From NCBI GenBank assembly GCA_030704615.1, contig CM060733.1, positions 55,304,001-55,368,000 on the forward strand: 64,000 nt of DNA. The letters run 5' to 3'. The notes beneath the pieces are model-generated. The model worked only from the letters and a program-made list of their open reading frames with translations, was not told the DNA's origin and did not search any database. A program made the position numbers and the translations under genes. The DNA is from Takakia lepidozioides (Eukaryota; Plantae; Bryophyta). Of this stretch, positions 1 to 12,047 are shown one piece after another (position 1 is the stretch's first letter; each line of letters opens with the position of its first letter).

Positions 1-70
1 TTGAGAGTTTCGTGGTGGACTGTGTGTACGAGCCCGAGGTCTGTCTCTGGTTGATGGAGATGGTTGATCA

Positions 71-2233
71 CTACCTGGATAAGTGAGGCTTCTGGAGGCT
101 GATATCGAGGTAATCTTTCCGGCATAGGAGATCCCTTTGTTTCTTCTCTTCCATCTGAATTGCATAGTCTTCTCCCATGTCAAAAGAATTCTGTGAAGAA
201 ACAGTTGTATCAGAATCCTCATCGCCTCTCAGGTGTTTTAATTTTCGAACTTTTTGTGGAATCATCTGGGGCATACAATGCTGTCCTACCATGTCTGGAA
301 GTTTGTATTTTACAACTTGGTGTAACCGCTGAACAGCAAAATTGGTGTAGGCACTGAGCTCCTTGTCTGTCCAGATGAGTGGGGTACCAATTATTGGTGT
401 AGCGTGCAAGTACTTCCATGCCACATGTCCCTTATAGAAAATGTCATCAAGTCCGAATTTCTGTGTTGACAAATGGTTGCAGGCTGCTTGAAACCATGAA
501 CGAATTTGAGAATCCTTCTGCATCATAACTTTTGGGTCATATAGGTACATATGAGGTGGCACCGAAGGTAATACCCAATGATCTCCACTGGAGTAACTTT
601 GAAAGCGTGTTTGCATCTTTTGTTGCTCAATGTGGTAACGTACCAGAAAACAAGCAGCGTAGTATAGCCCGCACCCCATGACAATACTTGCTATCTCCTT
701 GGTCTTGGTATAAATGAGTCCATGTACAACCTCCGGCTGTGGTGGCTGTGGTGTGGTTGTAGTAACCACAGGTTCAGCTACTGGTACACTGACCTGTTGT
801 GGTGGTGGTGGTGGTACTGGCTCCTGTATCATTGGCATCTCCTGCACCTCCTGTGAAGACTGAAAAGCCAAAGTTCTGGCTTGTAAATAAGAAGCCATTA
901 GCTGGTCCTGAGGGATATAGACTCTTTGGTCGATGTTTGAAGTGAGGTCTTCCACTTGAGTCTGGAGTCCGTCTACATCCTCTTGTAACTCTGCTATCCT
1001 ACTATAGACATTGTCTATAGTAGTTGTGGCAATGTTCTGCACCTGCAGCCTGAGCTCATTCATCTCGCTTTGGGTGAGCTTCCGTGGGCTTTTGCCCTCT
1101 ACTGGCCCTTGTGCTAACCAGACCTGCATAAGGCTGTTATCCACCAAGCTGCTTGTGGTTCCCCTGAGAGTTTGCTCCTCTCTTAGCTTGTACAATTCCA
1201 ACTGCTGTTGTAAAGCCTCCATGCGCTTCGCCTGTGGCTCAACCAATTGCGCATAGGCAGCAAGTAGATTATTGGCTTCCTTCGAAGCTTGTTACTAACC
1301 GCGATTTCATTTCTATTGGCCACGATGGTTTGTTGCAACTCCACGATGTGTTTCTCTTGATCAGCTTCCCTCTGCCTGTATTGCTTGAAAGTATCTTCAT
1401 GGCGACAGATTGTATTCTTCATATCGACAATGAGCTTCATTTGCTCAACATTCTCTTCTTCTGCCTTCGTACATTTTTCCGCTTGACTGTTTATTTCTTT
1501 GTTGTTGATTGGTCAAGCATAGTTGTAAATGTAGCACATTGTATCGCCATCCTGTTATGCACTGTCTGCAACTTCGTATGTAATGCATTCAGTTCTTGCA
1601 ACTTGCTCTCATGCTGCACCTGCATTTGGTATAGTTGTTGCTTATGTGCTTCGTGCAACTGGTCTTGCGCGAGGCCTGCCTCAATCAATTGTTGCTTGGC
1701 CAACTGCAAAGCCATTTCTGTATTGCCCAAGTCCTGCTTCATCTTGAGAGTGACCTCTTCATCGACCTTGTTTGCACACTCAGTGGCAAGTCGAGCCTCA
1801 AACTCCTTCCTGAGTTCCTCTTTCAAGGCTATCAATTGGGTAATTGGAACATGGGATTTGACATAAGTCCCCAACAAATTAAGTGTCCTGCCTATGGAAC
1901 TCATCAGCATTGCCTGTTGAGGGTCATCATGGTGAGGTTGCTGCTGTTCCTCCTGATCTTCAACAGTATGATGTATCACTAACCATTCAGGCCATTGTCC
2001 CACCGGATTTTCTTCCTGAACTACTTCATCTATGACTGGTGTTACAGTGTCATGACCTTCCGCCTGTGGTACCTCCGACATAGGTGTGTGTATATATGCA
2101 CCTCAGGATTTCCCTTGGGCAACTGTTGCACCTCTGGAATTTCTGTCTCCTTGACCAGACCAGAATATTCATAGAGAAGGTCCCCTTTCTTTATTTCTGC
2201 CACTATTTGTTCTGTAGTTGGATATCTATCCAT
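71..2233 (-). pseudogene. Frameshifted Gln/Glu-rich coiled-coil ORF downstream of Gypsy pol (extra ORF)
   Basis: Consecutive same-strand ORFs 2042-2233, 1491-2081, 1183-1440 and 71-1246 with heptad-like Q/E/K-rich sequence; co-oriented with pol. Confidence 0.5.
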
Positions 2234-3924
2234 TCACTTTCCAAATCAATTATTTCGGGTTGAGCTGCATGGATAACTTGTGACCTTGTGACAAGTCGTT
2301 CAAGTGGCTGTGTTGGCTGTGATGCAGAAGTAACTTCCTGCTCCCTCTCTGAAGGTCCTGCTTCCAGTAATAGCATTTGTCTGTGCTGATGTGCCCCTTC
2401 CTGGCCATGAGCTTGGGAAACATTATCATGCGGAATCCGTGAAGCCAAGTGGATCCGCCACTACAGTCTTTCCCCTTCTCTGCCTCTAGTCTCGGGTGGT
2501 GCTGCTAGTCCACCCTCACTGTGTGAAGAGCCTTGCTCTTCCATTGCAGTTGTTCTGGCTCAACACTCCATTTCCTTCCTTTCTTGTGCATTAAGTATGC
2601 CAGAATTAAGGATTATTGAGCAATGATTGGGCCAGGACACTTGATAGGAGACTTTGCGGTAGTACCTTGTAACTTTTCATCTCCTCTACTAGTGCGTGTA
2701 CATTATGTCCGCCCATTGTACCTCTTGTCCCTTCAGGCTTTGAGTATTTCCTCTGTGAAGGATCTGCTCAAATATTGTTGGTTCTGTTTCAGGGCAAAAA
2801 GAAACGTTCAATACCTGGCCTATCTCTTTAACCCTGGGTACACAGCTTTGGTACAAGCATAACCCTGAGTTTTAAGGAAACTCCCTTCTTGGAATAAGTC
2901 CCCTATTTGCAGTCTTGCCCTGTGTTCCCCACATGCACCTGACCTGCTGGCAATCGAAACAATTGCTGGAGGTAAGGGGAGTAATCATTAATTCAACTCC
3001 ATTCACCGTTGTTGTCGATCATTGGCTCAAAGTTCTGCAAAAATTGTATTAACAGTACTGTCTATGGTGTGTGTCCAATCTAGGCTTTGCAACCTTACAA
3101 TCTCAGCTCCTTCCAGTATCTTATCGCCTGTGGGGTACCATCGTTTGTTTTGCAGAATTGTGGTGCCTCTTAACCCTGATTTCCTCCATTCCTCTACTCT
3201 CTTCATCTTAGACTTCACAGAACTGCTTGCTTTTGTTGTAACAACTGCAGGAGATGCCTGTAGTGGCAGCAAAGCATAAAACGTATGGTTGCCGCAGAAA
3301 GCTTGGGTAATCTCTTGTAAGCCTGCGGGGCTTTGCAAGAATTGCTCAAGAAAAAAGCTCTGCTCTGTCGTTCGTGTCTATGCCACTGCGAAGTAATATT
3401 GCGAGCGTATAGTCTGTTAGTTCCTCCATAGTTTCCCAAGTTATAGCATTTATGGCCTGTCCTGTCGAGACGCCGTTATCAGAACGACGCCGCCTCTGCG
3501 CTCCATTTCCCTCCATTTTCTTGATCATTTCTCTGGTTTTCTATTGGCTGTATCTGCTGTGACTGGTTTTAACTTTTATCTTCTTTAGTGGACTTTCCCT
3601 GTTGATAGTCACTAGGATCACACATGCGACAGAATTCGGCTTTTTGTACTTGCCGTTCGTTCCGTTCCCTTTTCCGTATTCATTAATGGGCCGCCTTTCA
3701 TCCCATTTGACGGCCGTTCTTGTCTTCTTTCTTTTGACACCTGTCCTTGCACTTCATTGTCTGCTGTGTGTCGCGCCCTGACCTCCACGTTGTCTATTTT
3801 TAAAGTAATTTCCGTTTCCTTCCTTTTTTCTTTTTTTTTCCATCCATTTCCTGAAGGTATTATGTGTCCACTTGCCACTGATTCTATGGATGGTAACTGT
3901 GTTAGTAGTGGCTGTGTTGAGATC

Positions 3925-4185
3925 TGTGACAGGCTGTGTCATACTGTGTTTACCCTGTGATAGGCTGTGATGCAATTGTGGTAAGCTGTGATAGGCTGTG
4001 ACACGCTGTGGTATGTTGTTATAGGCTGTGTTGCGCCTTGCTGGGCTGTGGTTGGTGTGTCACGTCGTGACGGGCTGTGGTTGGCTGTGTCACGTCGTGA
4101 TGGGCTGTGGTTGGCTGTGTCACGTCGTGATGGGCTGTGATAGGGCTGTGTTGCGGCCTTGCGGGCGCTGTGATAGGCTGTGTCC
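3925..4185. repeat. GCTGTG-rich tandem repeat (30-bp unit GGCTGTGGTTGGCTGTGTCACGTCGTGATG) in the Gypsy element
   Basis: Three near-identical 30-bp units at about 4045-4135, with degenerate flanks; a similar motif recurs at 7458-7515. Confidence 0.8.
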
Positions 4186-4443
4186 CGTTGTTTTGCCCAC
4201 CTGGTCGTATATGCTGGGCTAGCAACAGGTTCCATACTCCGTTCGTAACACGGTGCAGTCCGTGACTGTTCTTGCGGTTCTATATGCAAATCTTGCTGCA
4301 GGGGTTGTCATGGATACCACTGTAACCTTTCAACTTATTGCATTGACTCTTCCCAGCATTTCTTTGTTAATGGTTGTAACATAGCGGTGTTGTTATCATA
4401 CATCTTTTGTATGACATAAGGTCCTTTCAACGGTGATTTAAGC

Positions 4444-6433
4444 TTAGAAGCTTGAATCTTTCCTTTTCTGCAAACCATAGAACCAAATCCCCCGTCTTAA
4501 AAGTCTTAAACTTGCCTTCATCAAACTGTTCCCTTTCGCTTCATCTGAATTCTGGTCATATATCAGCTGCATCAGCACGTACTTCTTCCACATGGTATAA
4601 TTCATGTTTCCTGACCTTGATGGAGTCTTGCAATTCCATTCTTTTCCCCACTCCGTTCTCATGGTAGGGTAACAGGAATTCCACTGGAGTAAGGCTTCCA
4701 TACCATAAACTAATTGGAATGGTGTATACTTAGTGGTGACTTATATGAAGTCTGTAATATGACCATAAAGCTGTCAGCAGCTTTGTATCCCAAGCATCGT
4801 TTTAGTACTCCATCAGGTCCTAACTTATACATTCTGCTTCCTACCATAGTATAAGGTAAAGCTTTGATAGCAATTCTCTTCCTCTGCCTCTTACCATAAC
4901 TAGGTGGGCACTGACCATGAACAATGGTAGTATCTGATGGGCCACTGCCAATTAACCTCATCTGCACTTCCTTGCACCTCCATTATAATAAACTCGCATC
5001 AGGTAACTGATCGTCCACTCTGTGGCGGCCTCTCCTGTTGTTAGTCGTGACAAATGATCTGCCACAAGATGCAAAAAACGGTCAGGCTTGTAATAACCTC
5101 GAACTCAAACTCATGCAAGATTATTAACCACCTCGCTATCCTTCCACTTATCAAAGGTTTGTTCACCATATAATCAGAAGCCTGGTGATCCACATTAAAA
5201 CATAAACTTTTCTTCCCCATAGTAATGCCTGAATTTCTTGACTGCATAAATCATTGCCAATGCTTCTCTTTCCGTTGTGCTATAGTTCCTCTCAGCACTG
5301 TTCATCAACCGGCTAGCATAGTACATAGGTGAATCTATATTCCCCGTAACATTCTGGGCTAACACCGCACCCAACGCTTTCCTGATTGCATCGCAGTGAA
5401 CATGAAATACTACATGCCAGTGGGGGTTGGTTAATCCAGCACAGGTGTAGTGTTACGACAGTGTAAGTTCCTCAAACGCCTGTTGACATTCAGCTGTCCG
5501 GCAAACACTGCATCTTTCTTCAGAAGCTTGCTCAATGGTGCTGCTATTTGTGCATACCTTTTGACAAATCTTCTGTAATAACTGGTTTGCCCAAGGAATC
5601 TTCGTAGACTTTTAACATTCACTGGGGGTGGAGATGCTTTGTAAGGACTCTGTCTTCCTGGATCCACAAGGAGTCCCTTCTTACACACAATTGTGTCCCA
5701 GAAGCACCCCTGAGTTAACACAGAAAGTACACTTTCTCTGGATTAAGCCCAGACCTCTCATCCTGCATCTGGCCAAACATAACTCCAATTTATGCAAGTG
5801 CTCACTCTTAGAGCTGTACACACTGAAATCATCCAAGAATACCTGCATGAAATCATCCAGATACTCATGAAAAGATTCACTTATCACTCTCTGAAAGGTC
5901 GCTGGTGCATTACAAGTCCAAAGGGCATGACTTTGTATGCATAAGCCCCCCCAGTCTGTGATGAAAGCTGTTTTCCCTTGGTCTTCTTCTGCCACTTGCA
6001 CTTGATATAACCACTGAAAGCAATCCATGAATGAGTACATCTCATGGCCTGCCACAGTGTCTAATACTGCTTCTGTGAATGGCAAAGGGAAAGGATCTTT
6101 CTTCGTACAAGCATTCAGCTTCTTATAGTTCACACATACTCTCAGTTTGCCATCTTCTTGGGAACTATTACAATGGGTGACAACCAAGTTGTATACTCTA
6201 TTGGGTATATAAACTTAGCCTCAAAACTTCTTTATCTCTTCTCCAACCTTCTGTGCGTAGTTGGGATTCATTCTATACCTCGCCTGCTTGATTGGTACTG
6301 ACCCTGGTTCCAGTTCAATCTTATGCTGACAGACTTCAGGTGGTATCCCTTTTAGATCCTCATAGCTCCAAGCAAATACATCTCTGTATTTGATGAACAA
6401 GCTTTTAGCTTCTTCGAAGAATTCCGGCTCCAA
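4444..6433 (-). pseudogene. Gypsy pol pseudogene (RT, RNase H, partial integrase region)
   Basis: RT 'FLDD' motif and RNase H signatures split across several frames. Confidence 0.85.
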
Positions 6434-7539
6434 ATCAGCTCCTACTTACTTCTCTCACCTGCTCATCAGCTGTGATTGTCCAACCAGTCACCACTTCATC
6501 CTGTAAGCTCACAGTGGCTGGTTCTTCTAGGATTTCTATTTCTCCTTCTCTTTCTCATAGAAATGTGATGGGTAAATGCTGGGTTTCCTCTTCAGTTGGT
6601 GTTGCTGTCACTACACCACAGCAGATACCTCTCAAACAACTTAGGCTTTCCAGCCGCCATCTCCGCAACCTGCTCCCACTCTGGGTGTGCAGAAAGCAAG
6701 GCAATAGGGTAGCTTCCTGCTCCTCATCCAGTCCTCCTCTCCAGTCATACTCTCTGACTCCTCGAGGTCTTCTTGTAGCGGGTAATCTACTAGATTTCTT
6801 TGTGGTAATTTGTATCTCGTGTATCCCATTATGCACGGTTAATAACGCGGCTTTTACTCACCCATCCCTTCGCTATCCGAGGCGGAAACTCCAAGATAGA
6901 AGAGTTGGAAATCTCTAAGTACTCAGCCCGCGCAGAACAATCAGTCATGACCTACAGCTAGTGTATCATGGGGGTGTTTTCCTATTTGTTTCCCTTTTCG
7001 CATTCATCTTAGCTACCTTACCATTGATAATTAAGTATTAGTTTGCTTCATCAATCTATCGGTTTTCTTCACTCATCCATTCAATCCACAGCTTCTCTCA
7101 GATCTCTCTACACAGTGTGATTGTATCTTATAAGTATCAGATTATGATTTATCAGGTATCAGGCCGAAGCCATTATGTCTCTAATCTGCTCTCCAATATC
7201 ACTACAGCTTTGCATATAACAAGCATCTACTAATCCTCTTTTCTCCTTCACCGTGCTCTCCATCTCTTGCCTCCGATCTCCGCTCCAGCCTGACTCAGAA
7301 GTCCTCCCCGAATAATGATGATCCTCCTTCATTCCCCCTTTCTCCCTTTATCCTCCTATCCGCGGTTCTAACCGTTTCCCTCTCTAACCGTCGTCTGTGA
7401 ACTAACATGTTCCCTTCACAGGTGTTGTTCCCCACAGTCGTTCCCTATTATCGTGACAGCTGTGTCAAGCGGTGACTAGCTGTGTTTGGCTGTGTCGGGC
7501 TGTGACTGGCTGTGTGGCTGTGCCGGGCTGTGACTGAGT

Positions 7540-9530
7540 GGGTAGACCCTTGAGGTCATCGAAGATGTCCTCCCCCATGTAACTGACTGGAAACAAGTTC
7601 AAGGAAGTTTTCTGCCTAACTTCATTTTCATCAGACAATGTCATGGCAACAGACATGGCTTTGGACACTACAGCCTCTAAGTCAGATTTATCCAGCAAGG
7701 TCAAGACTTGCGGATCTAGGTCCAGGTCCTTGAGAATCTCTTCTACTCTCTTCTGTCAGGACTTAGCCTGTTTGACAGGGCGGTCCTGTTTCCAAGATAT
7801 AGAGTCGATTAACTTAGGATATCTGGTGTTGGGCATATGTTGCAGCTGACCCCACCATTTGACCTTGAATTCATCTCGTCGGGAGCTTAAGGATGGAATG
7901 CCAAACTCACCCCGAACAGCCACATTGGCTGTTTTGGAGCATGCTGACATACACTCCTTAAGCACCCCCATTTGAATGGATTCTAGAGACTTAGCCTGGT
8001 TGGAGTTATCAACCCATATAGCAGATCCGTACTCCAAGGCAGGTCTAATAACGCGACAAAGCATGGTTTTCTTAACCTCATAGTTGACCCTCTGCAGTGG
8101 AAAAAATTTAGTGAGCCCCAGAGCTTTGCCTTGCCAGTTTGAACAACTTTCTGGATATGTGCATCCCAATTCCAATTGGAGGAAAACTCAACGCCCAGGT
8201 AAGTGTATGAAGGGAGGACCGGGATCTCTTGGGCCACTTAAGATCACTTCCTCCCTCTCCTCTGTCGTTGAATGCTACCACTGCACATTTGCTGACATTA
8301 GCCTCTAGCCCCCAAAGATCAAAGTATCTCTTCGCGCAATCAATCAACTCCTGGAGATTGGTTGGAGTTTCCCCGTATGCCTGCAAAGTCATCCGCAAAT
8401 ATAAGGGCTGGTATGGTGGTATCACCCACCCTTAACCCAAATCCCTCACTTTCAACATCCTCGAGGAGTTGATTGATGAAAACATTGAAGAGCAGAGGGG
8501 AGAGAGTACATCCTTGAGCTACACCTTGGTCTATGTCAAAGAAGTTGGACTTCTGTCCGTTAATAGTGACACAACTTTTGGTGTGAGCATATCTGGTGTA
8601 TAGACATGTGTTGCAACAGACTCCACCATCTCACCTTGAATTCATCTCCTCGGGAGGTTAAGAAAGGGATGCCAAACTCACCATGAACAGCCACATTGGC
8701 TGTTTTGGAGCATACAGACATCCACTCCTTAAGCACCCCCACTTGAAATGATACTGCAGACCTAGCCTCGTTGGAGTTATAAACCCATATAGCAAGTGCG
8801 TACTCCAACGCAAGTCCAATGAGGTGACAAAGCAACATTTCCTTGACCTAAAAATTAGTCCCTCTGCACACAGTGGTAGACCCTTCGGTTTTTCCACGAT
8901 GTCCTCCCCCATGTCACAGACTGAAAACATGTTCAGGAATGTTTTGTGCCTAACTTCATTTTCATTACACATTTTTTCAGGTAGCACTCACTTCCGTGGA
9001 CACTGCAATCTCTAAGTTGCATTTATCCAGCGGGATGAAGACGTGCGGTCCACATTCAGATCCTTGAGAGTCAGTTCTACTGTCTTCTGCCAGGACTTGG
9101 CCTGTTTGGCTGGACGGTCCTGTTTCCAAGATATATTGTTGATTAACCTACGATATCTGGTGTGAAGACATGTGTTGCAACAGACTCCACCATCTCACCT
9201 TCAATTAATCTCCGCAAGAGCTTAAGGAAGGGATGCCACACCCACCCCCAATAGCCACATTGGCTGTTTTGGAGCACTCAGACATCCACTCCTTAAGCAC
9301 CCCCACTTGGAAGGATTCTGCAGACCTACCCTGGTTGGAGTTATGAACCCATATAGCAAATGCGTACTCCAAGGCAAGTCCAATGACGCGACAAGGTTTT
9401 CTTGACCTCAAAGTTAATCCCTCTGCAGTGGAACAATTTAGTGAGACTCAGCGCTTTGCCCTTCTGTTTGAACAACTTTATGGATATGTGCATCCTAGTT
9501 TCAGTTTGAGGAGAACTCAACGCCCAGAAA
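7540..9530 (-). mobile_element. Non-LTR (LINE) retrotransposon RT 3' fragment with two further degenerate partial duplicates
   Basis: Minus strand encodes 'GVAQGCTLSPLLFNVFINQ' (~8460-8530), 'IFADD' (~8390), 'YTYLGVEF' and 'IRPALEYGSAIW'. The 'ALEY..IW...KTANVAV.GEFGIP' block recurs at 7756-8175, 8560-8838 and 9205-9411. Confidence 0.8.
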
Positions 9531-11356
9531 ACATGAACACGAGTAGGGGTAGAACTCACCCCATGCGCAGCGGGTTTGTGTCGTTTGCGCATCTTCTGGT
9601 TTGACTCTGCAGATGGAGGTGCAGTTTTCGCCGAATTGTCCTCCACGTCGTCGTCATCGTCGCCCATGTTGTACTCGCTTGTGTCAGAATCCGAGCTCAA
9701 AGACCGCCCACCATGCGGCCTTCCCTCTCGCACCGAGGCCATCTTCAGTGGATTCAGTCGAGCCAGGCGGGGGCTCCTTCGCACCGCGGGGCTGGAATGT
9801 GCAGAAGTGGGAGGAGGCGATGCTGCCTCGGCGGTCGAGCATTTCTTACTAGGCGTGGACATAGACCATGAAAGACAAAGACGAGCGAGGAAGACCAAGA
9901 CATGCAAAGGAGGAAAGAAGGGCAAGGAGGGGGGAGTGTGATCACACACCCCCCCAAACTTGGGTGAAGATCCGGCCGTTGTTGATTTCAAATAGGAACA
10001 CGTGTCGTGCATCCGACACAATGGCCTTTTTTACTTTGAGACGTTTCAAAATAACCACTTACAATCCTCCAAACAACTAGATGTAGTGATTCACACAACT
10101 GACATGGATCCGTTAACTTTATTTCGTTCAAAATTGGGCAAAGGAAACACACTGCAACGATGCCGTATATGGCTCCGCTTTACATGCATTCTTGGAGAAA
10201 ATGCGCATGATCAGAGAGAAGTGAACACAGTGCTTTGCCAAATAATTCAGCAAAAACAAACTCAACTGTAGTGGTTCTCCCATCGCAGAGAAGGGTCCAT
10301 TTGACACCCATCGCACCATGCCAGGTTGAGGTCCTCATACACACACCTGCACATCAAGAATTTGCGAACCCACATCAGCTGGGAGAACATGGAAATTACC
10401 CCGTGGATCACATGCAAGCATGAATGGGAAATGGAAGGAGAATTGCATGGGAGATTTTGGTGTACCTGCGCGACGTGCAACTCTGTCTACATACTCCATA
10501 AGTCACTGTCCCAAGACCCAAGTGGACAGGGGAGGCCGGTGAGTCTGTACCACAAATGGTAGTCATAGAGCAGAGGGTACTGCCGCTCAACTCGCAAAAG
10601 CCGCCGGCTGCAGGATGCTAGGCATGCGAACTCCGGCACAGCATGCCTCCTCTGCACCCCACTCCGTCCCAACCAGTGCAAAACAACCGTGCATGCATTG
10701 ACTGCCCTCTGGCTTTCTCTCCGGGCATTTGGGGGTCTGTGATCTGCTACACGTAAGTGTCTTTGAAGGCGACGATCAAAGGATCCGGTCACTTGCAGTT
10801 GCCGTCTCAAGGGCAGCATTGCAAATATCACAATTAAGTAAGAAAGATGGTGGAAGAAGCTGCAAACTGCAAATGAGTGAAGTGGCAGGGCGATGCTCCA
10901 TTCTTAACATGCTCCCCTTCCCGCCATGGTGATAGAACCACACAAATGGACTCCCTTCCCGCCACGGTGCAATTTCAAGGCAACGGAACGGGATTGTCCG
11001 CCGAAACGTGATTTGGAGAGCGCGGCCGAATCTGTGATGGAATTCGACCTTCCAATACATGATTCCTCAATCCGTCTTGCTCTTCCGCTAAGGGTGGCAT
11101 GGGGCCAACTACCCCCTGCTACAAACTTTTGATCGTAATGCGATTTTGAGAGAGGAACGATGCAGCCGGAAATTGCGCAGACGATGACCGGCAATGACTG
11201 GAGTTCATTGCGCATGGCCTGAGACAAGTGGCGCAGGTTCTGGCCTTGTAGTCGAGTTGTTCACACTTCAATGCACACATTTCATACACATTCGACCATA
11301 TGCCCAAGATCACGACGTCTCGTGAAAATTGAAATTCCACGTACGTCCTCCAATTC

Positions 11357-11420
11357 GAGGTTTACTATTTCATGAGCGCATGAGCCCATGAGCCTATGAG
11401 CCTATGAGCTCATGAGCGGA
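11357..11420 (+). repeat. Left terminal inverted repeat of element 1 with (CATGAGC)n subterminal repeats
   Basis: Matches the reverse complement of 24975-25033 and the end of element 2 at 54137. Confidence 0.85.
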
Positions 11421-12047
11421 CATCCGCGGAATTGGAATTTTCCTGCCTTTATTGACGGTGTTATGTCCTCTTACCTCGGTAATAGGGTCTGTTTCTCCTG
11501 GTCCAGGATGCGGAATGAGGAATTTCGGCGCCGTTATTCCCAAGAGCAGTGTGCTAAAATGGTGTTTTGAAGACATCCACCGGGGTATTTCGGCACCGAA
11601 ATTACCTCTTAAAATGTGATATAGTGCGGTATTTAATGGCGCAGAACGGGCAATTTCGGCGCCGAAATACCCAAGTGGAATGTGGTGAAGTGCCTTGTGC
11701 TGAAGGCTTCCATCGCAATATTTTGGTGCAGTAATTCATCCGTGGAATTTTTGAGGCCCATATAACGAAGGCGCAAACTGGGCTATTTCGGCGCCAAATT
11801 TCCCAATAGGAATGTTAGAAACGGCAGGGTTTTCATGGCTTCAAGTTCCCGGGTCGATGGTGTGCATAAATTACTTGTAGGGTTCTTCACTGAAGTTTGC
11901 GTCTCTTCTGCTTTTATTATAGATTTTGGTTGGCGGAAGAAATGTAGGGAATGGACAAGCAGTCTGAACACAATGATTTTTCAAATCGTCAATATATTCA
12001 TTAAGTGTTTCAGAACTGTACAACAAAAGGATCCAAATGAGACTTTG

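Larger units (their letters stand above)
1..7530 (-). mobile_element. Degenerate Ty3/Gypsy LTR retrotransposon internal region (pol remnants plus downstream extra ORFs)
   Basis: Minus-strand fragments in Gypsy order: RT (6221-6433 'YRDVFAWSYEDLKGIPPEVCQHKIEL'; 5681-6187 'KLRVCVNYKKLN...DPFPLP...QVFLDDFSVYS'), RNase H (5041-5721 'LRRFLGQTSYYRRFV', 'VDHQA...SGRIARW'), integrase-region remnants (4444-4967). Many frameshifts; LTRs not delimited. Confidence 0.85.

Noticed and set aside
9540-11340. Possible host gene fragments (ORFs 9341-10021, 10326-10562, 10776-11340)
   Set aside because: No recognisable motif or consistent exon chain; cannot be supported without a search.
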